Source: Candidatus Limnocylindrales bacterium (GTDB taxonomy: Bacteria > Moduliflexota > Moduliflexia > Moduliflexales > JAUQPW01). From it: a stretch of DNA of 64,000 bases. The position numbers were made by a program, and so were the translations under genes. Under the pieces are notes generated by a model. The model was not told the origin of the DNA, did not search any database, and was given only the letters and a program-made list of their open reading frames with translations. Location of the stretch: NCBI GenBank assembly GCA_035559535.1, contig DATMBG010000037.1, forward strand, positions 1 through 64,000, written 5' to 3'. This document shows, one piece after another, positions 47,816 to 58,241 of this stretch (its first letter is position 1; each line of letters begins with the position of its first letter).

Positions 47816-48646
47816 TTAAATATCTTGCTTTCGCAATACCCGGTCTGAGATAAGGAGGGGGGTAGCCACCCAGACCCCGAGGGCTGAGATCAGAAGCAGG
47901 CTGCTGGCCATCTGACCACCCAGGAATTTTACCAAAGCCGCCCCGGCAGCACCAAAAATGGTCGTACCATTCAGCAGGATGAGGCTGGAGACCCTGACCA
48001 TATCAACTGGGTTGCCGAAAAGTGAAAGGAAGATAAAGATATTAGCGGTTCTTTCTTTGAAAACAAAGGTAAGTCCGATAACAAGCAGGTCATACAAGAG
48101 TACAAAGAAAAACCAGAGAAAAAGTGAAAAGCCAAAGGCTTTTGCTTTCTTCCCGGATAAAATGGCAACCATAGCCGAAAGGGATAGGAATACCAGTGCA
48201 AGGAGAAGCCCAAGCCCAACAAAGGCGAGGAAACGGGTCAAACCCTCCGTTCCTACCTGGACAGCAATGACGAACCCCGCCAATCCAAAGCCGATGAAGG
48301 TTGCCGTTGTAATAGAAAGGAAAAGACCAAGGATTTTTCCCAGCAAGATTTCGCTGCGAGTCACCGGCTGAGAGAATAAAAGTTCATTTGCGCTTTTCTC
48401 ACCGGTGAAGCTGAGGGTTCCCATCATGAGTGAAACCACGGGAATGAGATAAAGCACAAGATTAAGCAGGCTGGCGGAAGTCCTTGTGAATCCTTGAAAA
48501 CCTACAAATCCTGCGGTTACAAGCCCGAAATATGAAATCGTCAGGGCAATAATCCCAAACCCTCCGGCAAAAACGAGTGTCCATTTAGCCCGGAGGTTGA
48601 TCTTAAGTTCCTGATGTGCAATGGTAATAACCGTATTGAGATCCAT
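47816..48646 (-). CDS. nosY: Nos ABC transporter permease
   Basis: RTSASLLNLVLYLIP, LFSQPVTRSEILLGK, NPVD; in nos operon. Confidence 0.88.
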   Translation of the reverse strand: MDLNTVITIAHQELKINLRAKWTLVFAGGFGIIALTISYFGLVTAGFVGFQGFTRTSASLLNLVLYLIPVVSLMMGTLSFTGEKSANELLFSQPVTRSEILLGKILGLFLSITTATFIGFGLAGFVIAVQVGTEGLTRFLAFVGLGLLLALVFLSLSAMVAILSGKKAKAFGFSLFLWFFFVLLYDLLVIGLTFVFKERTANIFIFLSLFGNPVDMVRVSSLILLNGTTIFGAAGAALVKFLGGQMASSLLLISALGVWVATPLLISDRVLRKQDI

Positions 48647-48659
48647 AAGCTTAATGTTT

Positions 48660-49088
48660 TCACCTCCGCCAAAGATCCTCAAAGGTGAGAATCTGCCCTC
48701 GATATTTCCTTGAAAATTCCTCGGCCTTCAATCTATCTTTAAAGGCAACCAAGCCACTGGCCATGGGGCTTGGTATCGCTTCTGATTTTACATAACTGGA
48801 GGGTTCGGCGTTGAGCCACTTTAGGTTGTCATAATCTGTGACGAAGTAAACCGCTATTTTATCTTTTAAACCACGTTCCTGGATGAATCGGATCATACAT
48901 CCGATATCATCAAATTTGAATACTGTGCCATCTTGATCAATGAATTCTGCCGCGTATCGCTTCTCAGAGATGGCCATTTTACAAAACGAGCACATATCTC
49001 CAGCCTCAATATCAACCGGCTGGAGTTGCTGGCTTTGACAGGCTATCAGGATTATGAGTAAGAGTAAAATCAGGAGAATTTTCTTCAT
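48660..49088 (-). CDS. nosL: Copper chaperone lipoprotein
   Basis: Lipobox LIAC, CSFCKMAI, FDDIGCM, SPMASG. Confidence 0.92.
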   Translation of the reverse strand: MKKILLILLLLIILIACQSQQLQPVDIEAGDMCSFCKMAISEKRYAAEFIDQDGTVFKFDDIGCMIRFIQERGLKDKIAVYFVTDYDNLKWLNAEPSSYVKSEAIPSPMASGLVAFKDRLKAEEFSRKYRGQILTFEDLWRR

Positions 49089-49983
49089 AAACATACTTTA
49101 AATAAATTTCTTCAAGGGGTGGTTCCTCTGTCGAAAAATGTTCGATGATCGCACCGGCCTTTGAAAGGGCTTGCAGGATAGAAAGGCGATCTTCGGGCTT
49201 TGAGGCTACGACCAGATGAGCATCAAGGAGTTTTGCTTCTGTAGCTCCGGCATCGAGGGCTGTCTTAATAAAATTTTCGTTTGGATTGTTCAGTAATAAG
49301 CGCATACGTGAATTGACCCTTATGGCATTTTTTAAGATTTCCACCGACTCAACGGCTGCCAGCTTACCACCGACAAGTATTGCCACTCTATCGGCCAACT
49401 GTTCGATATCAGAAAGAACATGGGAAGAAAACAGGATCGTCTTACCCTCTTGCTTAAGCATGGCGATCAATTTTCTGAATTTTATTGCTCCTTCAGGATC
49501 AAGACTGGCAGTGGGCTCATCCAGGAGGAGGAGAGGCGCATCGGGCAGAAAGGCCACAGCTATGCCCAGACGTTGAATCATTCCGCCGGAAAATTCGCTG
49601 ACTGACCTGTCAGCAAATCCATTAAAGCTGAAGTGGAGTTTTTCAAGCACCCGATCAATCCGATCCAACGGCAGTTTCCTTAAGCGACAATAGAACTCAA
49701 GAACTTCTCGAGCTGTGAGGTTTTCATAAAAAGCGACCCGCTGGGGGAGATAACTAAGTAAACTTTTCGCTTCCCACGAGTTTTTCCAGACATCTATACC
49801 GTTAATCCGTATATGGCCAGAAGTTGGCGACATGAGACCGGTAATACATTTCAGAATGGTTGTCTTGCCGCTTCCATTCGGACCCAGTAGGGCAAAAGTC
49901 TCTCCGGTCTTTACCTGAAAGGATATATCCTTCACAGCAGTAAAATTACCGAATTTTTTGGTTAACCCTTTTACCTCGATCAT
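49012..49983 (-). CDS. nosF: Nos ABC transporter ATPase
   Basis: GPNGSGKT, FSGGM, LLLDEP; between nosD and nosL. Confidence 0.88.
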   Translation of the reverse strand: MIEVKGLTKKFGNFTAVKDISFQVKTGETFALLGPNGSGKTTILKCITGLMSPTSGHIRINGIDVWKNSWEAKSLLSYLPQRVAFYENLTAREVLEFYCRLRKLPLDRIDRVLEKLHFSFNGFADRSVSEFSGGMIQRLGIAVAFLPDAPLLLLDEPTASLDPEGAIKFRKLIAMLKQEGKTILFSSHVLSDIEQLADRVAILVGGKLAAVESVEILKNAIRVNSRMRLLLNNPNENFIKTALDAGATEAKLLDAHLVVASKPEDRLSILQALSKAGAIIEHFSTEEPPLEEIYLKYVYEENSPDFTLTHNPDSLSKPATPAG

Positions 49984-51422
49984 CGCTTTTTTCCCTTTGC
50001 AATCAGGGTAATAGATACCCCCAACATGACAAAGGGTAAGATCAAGGAATAGCGCTTAAACCGGAATCCTCCATCCAACTCTGGCATCTGGATAGACCAT
50101 ACCACTGGTTTCATGAGAGGGTAAAAATCGAATTCCCTGGATCCCTCGATCACCGGGAAAGTCTTTTCAGCCAAAGCAAGGGCTTGAGACGCCGGGCTAA
50201 AAAGGTAGAGTCGGAGTCGAGGATGATTTCCTTCCAGATACTGGAAAATGTTTTGAATCTTGAAGGGTATGTCACCTATGCCGTCAGCATCTAAATCGTA
50301 GCCATCATAATCGCTCCAGTAATTTCCAACTCCTTCATGGCTCCATTGTGTTGTGGTATTTTTGCCGATCACCTGTATGGGGCTCAGGTTATCCACAAAG
50401 TTATTCCTCTGAAACACATTTCCCGAAGCGCTGGTAAAGATCTGAATGGCGGTATCGTTTGCTGCAATGAGATTACGTTTAAATAGACTATTTCTCAGTG
50501 CCTCCATAAATATGCCAACGGCATTATCCAGGATCAGATTTTCCTCGGCCAGGCAGTCATCACTGTCCTGGAACAGGAGGCCAAAAGAACTGAAACCCCG
50601 ATTATGGATAAAAATGTTTCGTCTAAATTCAATCCGCCGAGAATACATAATAGCCGCACCGGCAACATTGTTGTAAAATAGATTTTCTTCAAACTTATTG
50701 TCATCGGAAAACATATAATGTAAGCCGTAGCGGAGGTCCGATACACGGTTTCCACGAAGGATACTTTTATATGCATTTTGCAGATACATTCCATCGCGAG
50801 CCTGTTTGATGGTGTTTCCAACAATGGTGTTGTTGGTGGCGTTCCAGATGTGAATGCCGCTACCTCTTTCACCGGGTTCAAGAAAATCCCTGCCATGGAT
50901 TACATTCCCTCTGACTATATTATCACTGGAACCAAAGAAGTAGATTCCGAAAAGCACATCACGTAGTTTATTTTCTTCAATTCGGTTGCCATTTGACTTG
51001 AGTAAAATACCCGAATCTTCATCAACCAGCATATTCCCGCTATGTTCAATAATGAAACCTCGAACCACACAGCCATCGGCATTTACTGTTATGACGCTTC
51101 CCCGGCCATCTCCTTGAAGGGTGGGGTTATCTATGCCCTCGAGAACAACTTGTTTATCGAGGATAAGATTGCCTTTATAAATTCCACTTTTGACTCGAAT
51201 GGTATCCCCTGGAGTTGCATAGGTAAGAGCTTCCTGAACCGAGGTAAAAGGTTCGTCTGGGCCAACGATGAGAGTTTTGGCCTTTACTTCCAGAGGTAAA
51301 CCAGAGCCGGCCAATCCCAGCAAGACCACCAGAAAAATTCGCTTGGGCCACAAACACAGCAAAGTACGGAAATCAGATAAAAACCCTTTTAAGATTTCTA
51401 GAGGTTTAAAACTCATATTCAA
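49980..51422 (-). CDS. nosD: Nitrous oxide reductase maturation protein (start uncertain)
   Basis: Beta-helix repeats, RYGLHYMFS, GNYWSDYDGYDLDADGIGD. Confidence 0.93.
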   Translation of the reverse strand: MNMSFKPLEILKGFLSDFRTLLCLWPKRIFLVVLLGLAGSGLPLEVKAKTLIVGPDEPFTSVQEALTYATPGDTIRVKSGIYKGNLILDKQVVLEGIDNPTLQGDGRGSVITVNADGCVVRGFIIEHSGNMLVDEDSGILLKSNGNRIEENKLRDVLFGIYFFGSSDNIVRGNVIHGRDFLEPGERGSGIHIWNATNNTIVGNTIKQARDGMYLQNAYKSILRGNRVSDLRYGLHYMFSDDNKFEENLFYNNVAGAAIMYSRRIEFRRNIFIHNRGFSSFGLLFQDSDDCLAEENLILDNAVGIFMEALRNSLFKRNLIAANDTAIQIFTSASGNVFQRNNFVDNLSPIQVIGKNTTTQWSHEGVGNYWSDYDGYDLDADGIGDIPFKIQNIFQYLEGNHPRLRLYLFSPASQALALAEKTFPVIEGSREFDFYPLMKPVVWSIQMPELDGGFRFKRYSLILPFVMLGVSITLIAKGKKR

Positions 51423-51543
51423 GTGTCTAAGGTGCCTATGGGAGCGAGGAATACGGAGGTGGGGGGAGGGAATGAGCCTCTATACTCTCCCACTTCCACA
51501 TCCCCCCACTCCTACTTTAGTTCACTTTAGGGCACTTAAACGC

Positions 51544-52242
51544 TTATAACTTTTTTAGGTGTCTTCCCGATAATAAAATAGAAACAAGCAACAACAGGAG
51601 AAAACCAACCAGAAAATAGGAAGCCGGGCCAGGATAGCTGTAAACGGTAAAGTTCGCAAGTTGTTTTGATCCAATAATGGGGGGCATGAATGGGGGAACT
51701 TTTACCGGAGCTTTTGGGTCCAGGTTATGACCATACTGATAAAGTCGATTATAAAAACTCCAAAATGAGAAGAGGCTGAAGTACATAAAAAGAACCGTCG
51801 TATCCACCAGGTTCGACATCTTGCCCAATACGATTGTGCGCAGGGTAAGGATGAAGAAAATACCGATCATCAGAGGAATCCATCCAAACTCACTGAAATC
51901 ACTTTCAAGCAACGGACGCATACCGATATAGTGATTAAGGGTATTGATCTCTTGCAAGTCATTTCTCCCCTCAGGATGACCGCCGTCAAGGGTGTATGAA
52001 TAGATGTAGAGATTCAAGCCATCGGGAAATTGATTTGCATAAAGTGTCATGTTCCAAAGGGGGAAGATAAACGTTGGAATAAGCAGCACTGCGGCGATCA
52101 GGATAATGAGGCGGCTCTGTAGCCTTAGGGGGAGATCAAAAAAAGCGTTCGCCTTCTCCAACCACTTTTCCATGTCGAATTTCCCCTCCAGGGGTTGAAT
52201 AGCCGATTCCTGCCTTGAAATAAAATCTTGTAGGTTTGACAT
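51544..52242 (-). CDS. nosB: Clade II nos membrane protein
   Basis: PLW...QFPDGL, EINTLNHYIGM, YGHNLDP.AP; directly after nosZ. Confidence 0.85.
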   Translation of the reverse strand: MSNLQDFISRQESAIQPLEGKFDMEKWLEKANAFFDLPLRLQSRLIILIAAVLLIPTFIFPLWNMTLYANQFPDGLNLYIYSYTLDGGHPEGRNDLQEINTLNHYIGMRPLLESDFSEFGWIPLMIGIFFILTLRTIVLGKMSNLVDTTVLFMYFSLFSFWSFYNRLYQYGHNLDPKAPVKVPPFMPPIIGSKQLANFTVYSYPGPASYFLVGFLLLLLVSILLSGRHLKKL

Positions 52243-52367
52243 AAGTTATTCCGTCTAAAAGTAACTGATGGGACAGTTATAAGATATCCCCACCAGGAAC
52301 CTTACAGTCGATTAGCCTAGTATCTAGAGATGGCGTTTTCACATCCCTTCTTCTACCAAATCCGGTT

Positions 52368-52395
52368 GTAAGGGCGACCAACCGGTCGCCCTTAC
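52368..52395. repeat. REP-like palindrome abutting the nosZ stop codon
   Basis: GTAAGGGCGACC-AACC-GGTCGCCCTTAC. Confidence 0.6.
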
Positions 52396-54296
52396 TAGCG
52401 AATCATACCTGTCGATGCGCTTTGTTTCGGTTTTACCAGAAGATATCCTTGCATTTCTTGATGCAGTGCTGAACAGAAGTTTGTACAGTAAAACGGATGA
52501 ACACCGGGTTTGTTCGCCACAAATTCGATGGTTTTAGTCTCTCCTGGGTCGACCACTACGTTGATGTTGTACTCATTCAAACCAAAACCATGGAGCATAT
52601 CCGTCGTCTGTTCGATGTTTGTGAGGTGAATTGTCACATGATCCCCCTCATTGACCTCGATCTTCCAGGGTTCAAAACTACTGCGTACTGCTATCATCTT
52701 CACCGTTACGTGGTTCTCATTTCGTTCGACCTTTGCGTCTTTTACATCCCAGATTGCTTCTGGATGCTTATTATCTTCCTTCTTATAAACCTCAATGGGT
52801 TTGAGTTTATCGGCTTTGATGATTTGTGCATAGTGCGGTTCAGGTTCAGTGAACGCATCATAAAGGAGTTTCATCTTCTCGCCGGATATATCAATTAACT
52901 GAGAACTCTCTGGCTGCGATGGACCCACACTGATGTGTCGTCCATGCGAAAGCTTGTTCAATGCCACCAGATATTTTCCCTTGGGGTTTATGGTATCTCC
53001 CTCGGCAGCCGCAAGATGACCGATATTGTAGGAAACAGGAATTTTGTCCACGACTTCCCACGTACCGAGTTTCCACTTAGCAATAGCGCTCTCAACATAG
53101 AGGCTTGTATAAGCATAGCCTTTATCATCGAACTGGGTATGTAGGGGTCCCAGGCCCACATTGACTTCTGCCTCCTTAACGGCATCATAGTTAAGAACAG
53201 GAATGCCGTCTTCGTTACCGGTGAAGTCCTTGTTTTGAATTGCCGTTAAGATCTTTTCCATATTGAAAGCTGTGGTAATAGATTGAAGTTTACCACTCCC
53301 AATGATATACTTGCCATCCGGACTTACATCCACGCCATGTGGGCTTTTCGAGCAGGGAATCAAATAGACAATGTCCGGGACTTCCTTTGGATCAATTACC
53401 TTCACACCCCCGATCATCTTGAATTTACCATTTTGGATTGCCTGCTCTGCCGCTTTCCAATTCACCGCGGCAATATAATCGCGGTCCTTTTGCGTTGAAG
53501 TAACCTCCAGTTTACCAGTGGCACGTTCGGAGTTATAAGAGGTCCAGAATGCCCAACCGTAGCTCGGTCCTTTCCCTGCATCACCAAGGTCGTAATCGAA
53601 CGGTGGCATAAGGATTTGCCAGCCCACGCTCATTTCACCGGTTTTGGGATCCACAGCAATTCCCGCCACGACCCCCTTATAATCCGTTGCATATTGCTCA
53701 ATGGGCGCATAGGTTCCTTTAGGCAGCGGAATGGAGAAACGAGATGCCGCCAGGATATACTCTGTATTCGGTGTGACAAATGCTCCCCCATGATAACCAG
53801 AAACATTCGGAATCGGTCCCAGAATCTGTTTGGTTTTGAAATCTCTCAGATCAATTCGTGCCATGCGATTGTTTGCATTGTCATTGACGAAGAGCCAGCG
53901 TCCATCGTAGTTCCCATTGGTCTCGCTGAGGGAAGGATGATGTACGTCTCCCCAGGTGAATTCACCAAGCATTTTCCTGGTTTCTTGGTCGAATCCATAG
54001 CCTGTCGAGGGATAAAGTGAGAAAACCGGAATGGTGGCAATGTGTCGCATCGAAGGAATCCCCGCAACAAACACATTACCTGAATGCCCCCCGGAGTAAA
54101 AAAGATAATACTCGTCCATATCACCGGGAGCGATATAACTCGCAACTGCAGCTCCAATTGTACTACTTTTCTCAGTCCCCTTTTCAACCTCGGGTTTCCT
54201 GGAACAACCTGAAAACAGAGTCAGGCTTAAAATTCCTATTAAACCAAAGGTACTGATCATTCCTTTGAATATAATTTTTTTCCTTACGTTCTCCAT
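52395..54296 (-). CDS. nosZ: Sec-dependent (clade II) nitrous oxide reductase, lipoprotein
   Basis: LFSGC lipobox and no Tat motif; CuZ His motifs DVHH, PHG, PLH, GH, EPH; CuA CTNFCSALHQEM. Confidence 0.97.
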   Translation of the reverse strand: MENVRKKIIFKGMISTFGLIGILSLTLFSGCSRKPEVEKGTEKSSTIGAAVASYIAPGDMDEYYLFYSGGHSGNVFVAGIPSMRHIATIPVFSLYPSTGYGFDQETRKMLGEFTWGDVHHPSLSETNGNYDGRWLFVNDNANNRMARIDLRDFKTKQILGPIPNVSGYHGGAFVTPNTEYILAASRFSIPLPKGTYAPIEQYATDYKGVVAGIAVDPKTGEMSVGWQILMPPFDYDLGDAGKGPSYGWAFWTSYNSERATGKLEVTSTQKDRDYIAAVNWKAAEQAIQNGKFKMIGGVKVIDPKEVPDIVYLIPCSKSPHGVDVSPDGKYIIGSGKLQSITTAFNMEKILTAIQNKDFTGNEDGIPVLNYDAVKEAEVNVGLGPLHTQFDDKGYAYTSLYVESAIAKWKLGTWEVVDKIPVSYNIGHLAAAEGDTINPKGKYLVALNKLSHGRHISVGPSQPESSQLIDISGEKMKLLYDAFTEPEPHYAQIIKADKLKPIEVYKKEDNKHPEAIWDVKDAKVERNENHVTVKMIAVRSSFEPWKIEVNEGDHVTIHLTNIEQTTDMLHGFGLNEYNINVVVDPGETKTIEFVANKPGVHPFYCTNFCSALHQEMQGYLLVKPKQSASTGMIR

Positions 54297-54436
54297 AGGT
54301 GTATTCTCCTGTATCGGATCAAGACTCGCTACAAATAGCAGCGAGAATTTCCGATCTTACTTTTCTAAGAAATGCTCTACAACTCAGGTCTACCTTTCCT
54401 TTTAGGCTGGTTTTGACTTTTCTTGCCAAATTCCCT

Positions 54437-54925
54437 TTAATCCTTCCCATCGTCATGAGCTCCGGCCTGATTTTCCTCTTTAAGCTTTTTTTGATAGGCT
54501 AACTTAAGCTTTTCAATTACTTCCTGTTTCTCAGCCTCGGTAAGCTTAATCTGCTCTGAGAGAATGATGGCCATGGTCCCCGTTGGACTCGCAAAGAACT
54601 CTTCTAGAGTTTTACCGAAGCGACTTTGAACATCCACATAGGCGTTCGCCAAATCAGGTCCGGCTTTAGTTAGCGATTTGACACCTAACGAACTTACCTC
54701 ATGGCAGGTAAAACATCCCTTCTCAACAAAAAAGGCGCCTTCACCGGCAGGCTTTCCGTGTTTTTCCTCGGCTTCTTTGGATGCAGGCAGGTCAACTGCT
54801 TTTTTAGAGTCATGCTCAACAGGAAGATCCCTCTGCCTCCAGCTTAAAAATAAGCTTATACCTAAAACCATTATCACCAAACCCAGACCACCGATTAACC
54901 ATTTGAGCTTGATTTTTTTCTCCAT
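54437..54925 (-). CDS. Membrane-anchored monoheme cytochrome c (NosC-like)
   Basis: TM anchor, CFTCH, GPDL, GTM; first gene of the nos operon. Confidence 0.8.
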   Translation of the reverse strand: MEKKIKLKWLIGGLGLVIMVLGISLFLSWRQRDLPVEHDSKKAVDLPASKEAEEKHGKPAGEGAFFVEKGCFTCHEVSSLGVKSLTKAGPDLANAYVDVQSRFGKTLEEFFASPTGTMAIILSEQIKLTEAEKQEVIEKLKLAYQKKLKEENQAGAHDDGKD

Positions 54926-55042
54926 ATGAATTTCTCCCTTATTCTGTATGATCAAAACTACCAAAGCACGCCACAAATAGCAGCAAAACGTGCCTGTTTA
55001 GTCTTCTGATAACCTTCCATCGTTCGTTGCTAAAAAAATATC

Positions 55043-55057
55043 GCAATCACTATGCCA
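55043..55057 (-). promoter_or_regulatory. sigma54 promoter of the nos operon
   Basis: Minus strand TGGCATAGTGATTGC. Confidence 0.78.
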
Positions 55058-55169
55058 GGTTACACAAGGTCTTGACGAAGATGTTACAAAACTTAGGATT
55101 CCAGATAACCAACCGGTATAAAGGTTTGGTAAGGTGCAAACTTCAGGGAAAGAGAGAATTTATAGGATC

Positions 55170-55243
55170 CGTCTTAAAATCTTACATCCCTGACAAAAAC
55201 CAGGGAATTAAAGCTCTAAGTGATAATGTCGGAAATTAAGACA
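55170..55243 (-). promoter_or_regulatory. Paired enhancer-like boxes
   Basis: CGTCTTAAAATCTTACA (55170) and TGTCGGAAATTAAGACA+AAAGACA (55227), 57 bp apart. Confidence 0.78.
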
Positions 55244-55315
55244 AAAGACAAAATAACAGGTATTTATAAAGGGAAGGATCTTTGAAATCTTGAAAATTCT
55301 GGATTTTTATAGGGG

Positions 55316-55861
55316 TTATCCGGGCCAACCTCGTACCAACATAATTCCCAAAGCGATTACCAACAAGGCCAGGAGCAAGTTCAACCGTCCAAGCCATCCG
55401 GCCTGGCGACGTAACCGTATCACTTCAGGTGAGGTGGGATTTGCCTGCCACAGAGCCATGGCCCGTGGACCAAGGATAAAATCGTGTAGGGCACTGGACA
55501 GGAGAATCAAGGCTACCACTAATAATTTGATGCCTAAAGTATGACCAAAGGAACTTTGCCAGAATAGATCATTCTGAAGATCCTCCCAACTAAAACCTCG
55601 ATAGATCAGGTTAGAGATACCACTCAGGAGGAGCAAGATCAGACAGATCCAACCTACCCAACGGAAACGCACGCCGATCCAATGGATGAAAGAAGCTCTG
55701 ATATCCTGGTACTCTGATCGGCGGATTACCGGAACCAGAACCAGAACTAGGAAAATCATACCACCAATCCAGGTTACGGCAGCCAGAATATGAAGCCAGA
55801 CCGAGAACAGGTAGAAGACATTCATAAGATTAAGGGCTGAAGGGCCAGGGGTAAAAGCCAT
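55316..55861 (-). CDS. CopD/DUF4149-like membrane protein
   Basis: WLHILAAVTWIGGMIFL, KLLVV...HDF. Confidence 0.7.
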   Translation of the reverse strand: MAFTPGPSALNLMNVFYLFSVWLHILAAVTWIGGMIFLVLVLVPVIRRSEYQDIRASFIHWIGVRFRWVGWICLILLLLSGISNLIYRGFSWEDLQNDLFWQSSFGHTLGIKLLVVALILLSSALHDFILGPRAMALWQANPTSPEVIRLRRQAGWLGRLNLLLALLVIALGIMLVRGWPG

Positions 55862-56236
55862 TATTCGCTTTCCACCTTTGACCCTTTAGAACAACTCTAA
55901 AAATTATCAGGTATCAAATCCGATTCTACGGTGTCCGATACCATCCGTTGAAGCCATCGGTGGTCCTACCGTTACCGGAGAGGTAAAGGGTGCCCGGATC
56001 TTTATAGGTAACCCCTACTATGCTCATAATCCCCAACATAGGGAGCACCGATTCCTCTTGTTTTTCGCTATCCAGTCTTATATAATCCCCAGAGCTGAAA
56101 ATACCTTACTCCCATGACTCCTTGCTGAAAATCTGTTCCTTAGAAGGAATAGCCATCGCTTGAGCTGGTTGTTTTGAGGAAGGTGCCTGGAAGGGACTTG
56201 GGGATAGAAATTCCCCCCATTTAGTTGATATAAGAC

Positions 56237-57238
56237 TTAACCGGTTTGTTTAGCTTCGACTAAAGAACGGGCTTCGTACAAATCTTTACACTGCCAACAA
56301 AGGGGTTCCTGAGGGTTCCATGCCGGATGCTCTTGTTGGATTTGGACTAACAAATCGGCAGAAAGATCGACGGGATTTATTAACTGAAACGAAGGAAATT
56401 GACATAAAGCACACCTTCCTTTGGAAGAAGGAGTAGATGTGAAGCCCCTTCCTATATCTGTTGTTCCGGCAAGCCACTTTTCAGGATTTTGAGCAAACGA
56501 TAATAACTCCTGATGGGTGTGGGGGCCCTGGTCAAAAAAATAAGAAAACAAGTTCTCCAACTCCCCTTGCAGGGATGGAAAGGTGCGGCTAAAAAGCATC
56601 TTGTGGGTTTCTCGCACGGGGGGTGGAAGCCATCCTTTTTTATATAACCGCCCATCAACGGTGATATCCCAAAGAATTTTATATCGTTCTTGAAGAACGC
56701 GATGATAGGGGCCCAGGGATCTGTTGGGAAAACCGGACTCATATCCAAAGTAAGGATCCAGCATATCCACAATATGCAGCATTTCACGTTGAAGAAAAAC
56801 AAGGAATTGGGGGGACTGGCATAAAAGTTCGGGGGTTAACTGAACGACTATAGTGCGTTCAGTTCGACTAAGTTCAGGCTGGTCACTTTTTACACGAGCA
56901 AGGTACAAATCTGCTCCAATCTCCCTGGTAGATCGAGCTTTTATAAAGAGGCAGCGATGTGTTGAGGTGGTAAGGATTGGCCATAGTTTAAAAACTTGCT
57001 GTACCGGCTCTCCAAGATTTAAATGGTTGAACCAGCGTTCATGAAATTGTTGAAAAGCTTCCTCCCGCCCCTCTGGATCGGTAAACTCGTAGATGCGATT
57101 CCTTTCTTTTCTAAACAGGCCTTCCTTCGGATGCCCTCTGATAATCCGAAGAACAGCTTCTTCAACGAGTTGAGGATGATATTCTACACAATAGGATTTA
57201 CCGTGAGTTCTGAAGTCAACGGATGTCAGGTTTTTCAT
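56237..57238 (-). CDS. Hypothetical protein with C-terminal CxxC/CxxC, downstream in the nxr cluster
   Basis: 333-aa ORF; REMLHIVDM, CALC...CWQC. Confidence 0.7.
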   Translation of the reverse strand: MKNLTSVDFRTHGKSYCVEYHPQLVEEAVLRIIRGHPKEGLFRKERNRIYEFTDPEGREEAFQQFHERWFNHLNLGEPVQQVFKLWPILTTSTHRCLFIKARSTREIGADLYLARVKSDQPELSRTERTIVVQLTPELLCQSPQFLVFLQREMLHIVDMLDPYFGYESGFPNRSLGPYHRVLQERYKILWDITVDGRLYKKGWLPPPVRETHKMLFSRTFPSLQGELENLFSYFFDQGPHTHQELLSFAQNPEKWLAGTTDIGRGFTSTPSSKGRCALCQFPSFQLINPVDLSADLLVQIQQEHPAWNPQEPLCWQCKDLYEARSLVEAKQTG

Positions 57239-57390
57239 AATAAAATAACCCCTTCACTTACCGAAGCAAATGGTTACAAGAATTCCTCCTTCAAGGGAAG
57301 AGATATTCAGTTAATTTAAGAAGACTTTTGCTTTAAAGACAAAGCCTGAAATCCCTGGTTTCAAGGATATAGCAATTGACAAATCCCCCC

Positions 57391-57476
57391 CCCTTCCCCA
57401 TACGTGCCGGAATAAGGCTTAGCTGGGAGTACGACTGTTTGCCTTACTTCCCTTCCTCCTTCCCTGAAATTTCAGG
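57391..57476. repeat. 86-bp direct repeat, copy 1
   Basis: Ungapped match to 58394..58479. Confidence 0.7.
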
Positions 57477-57758
57477 AAAAGGGAGACGAGGGCATAAGTG
57501 TCAGGTTAAGGCACCCCACCCGGTTCCTTCCCCTGCAAGGCGGGGGAAGGCCAGGAAGGGGGAGGCCCTCAGGTATCTCACTCTTATCCTGGCGCTTGAG
57601 ATGCCCGCGCTCCCAGGTTACAGGATAAGCTTTTTTATCTTATTTTGGCCCGTATAGGATAAGGAATATCTCCCATAAAAGGCAGATTGATATTATTCCA
57701 TGGAAATGGGATTCTCCGGTCCTCTCGTATTCAACTTGTTCATGTCATAGACGAGATC

Positions 57759-58241
57759 TCATGAGAATCGCTCTTTCCGATATTCTAACAGGGTCGTACC
57801 TTCACGTCGTCGTTCTTCCATTTGGTTCAAGAGCTCCTCTTGTAGAGTATGGGGTAGTCTTTCCATATAGAGAGCCAATCCATCACAAGTGATAGGATGC
57901 TCCCAAATCAGTTCCAGATTCGCAGCTGCGGTTTCGGCATCGGACTGACTCCAGGTATCTTTTGCAGCCAAATTCATTAAAGCCATCACACCCCGGAATA
58001 CCCCATCGTGTTCCGTGAGCAGTCGTTGCAATCCAGCTTCTCCGATGAATTCCCTTAACTTTGGGTAAAGATGGAGTTCTTCAAACTTAAAGTGTGGACC
58101 AACCAACTTGTTTGCTTCGTTCAACGTCGCCCTGATCCGCGCAATATCTTGAGCCTGGATGGCACTTCGTAAATCCATCAGGGCCTGTACCACCTTCGTA
58201 TGGTCTGAGTGAAATTCTCCAATAAGAGTTTTTCCAGCCAT
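57759..58241 (-). CDS. Hemerythrin-like domain protein
   Basis: DH...HFKFEE...EH...HPITCD. Confidence 0.75.
   Translation of the reverse strand: MAGKTLIGEFHSDHTKVVQALMDLRSAIQAQDIARIRATLNEANKLVGPHFKFEELHLYPKLREFIGEAGLQRLLTEHDGVFRGVMALMNLAAKDTWSQSDAETAAANLELIWEHPITCDGLALYMERLPHTLQEELLNQMEERRREGTTLLEYRKERFS

Noticed and set aside
54978-54996. Second possible sigma54 site upstream of nos (minus strand AGGCACGTTTTGCTGC)
   Set aside because: GG-to-GC spacing is 8 or 11, not the required 10.
55927-56040. 37-codon minus-strand ORF MLGIMSIVGVTYKDPG... upstream of the CopD-like gene
   Set aside because: Too short, weak RBS and no motif; cannot be supported.
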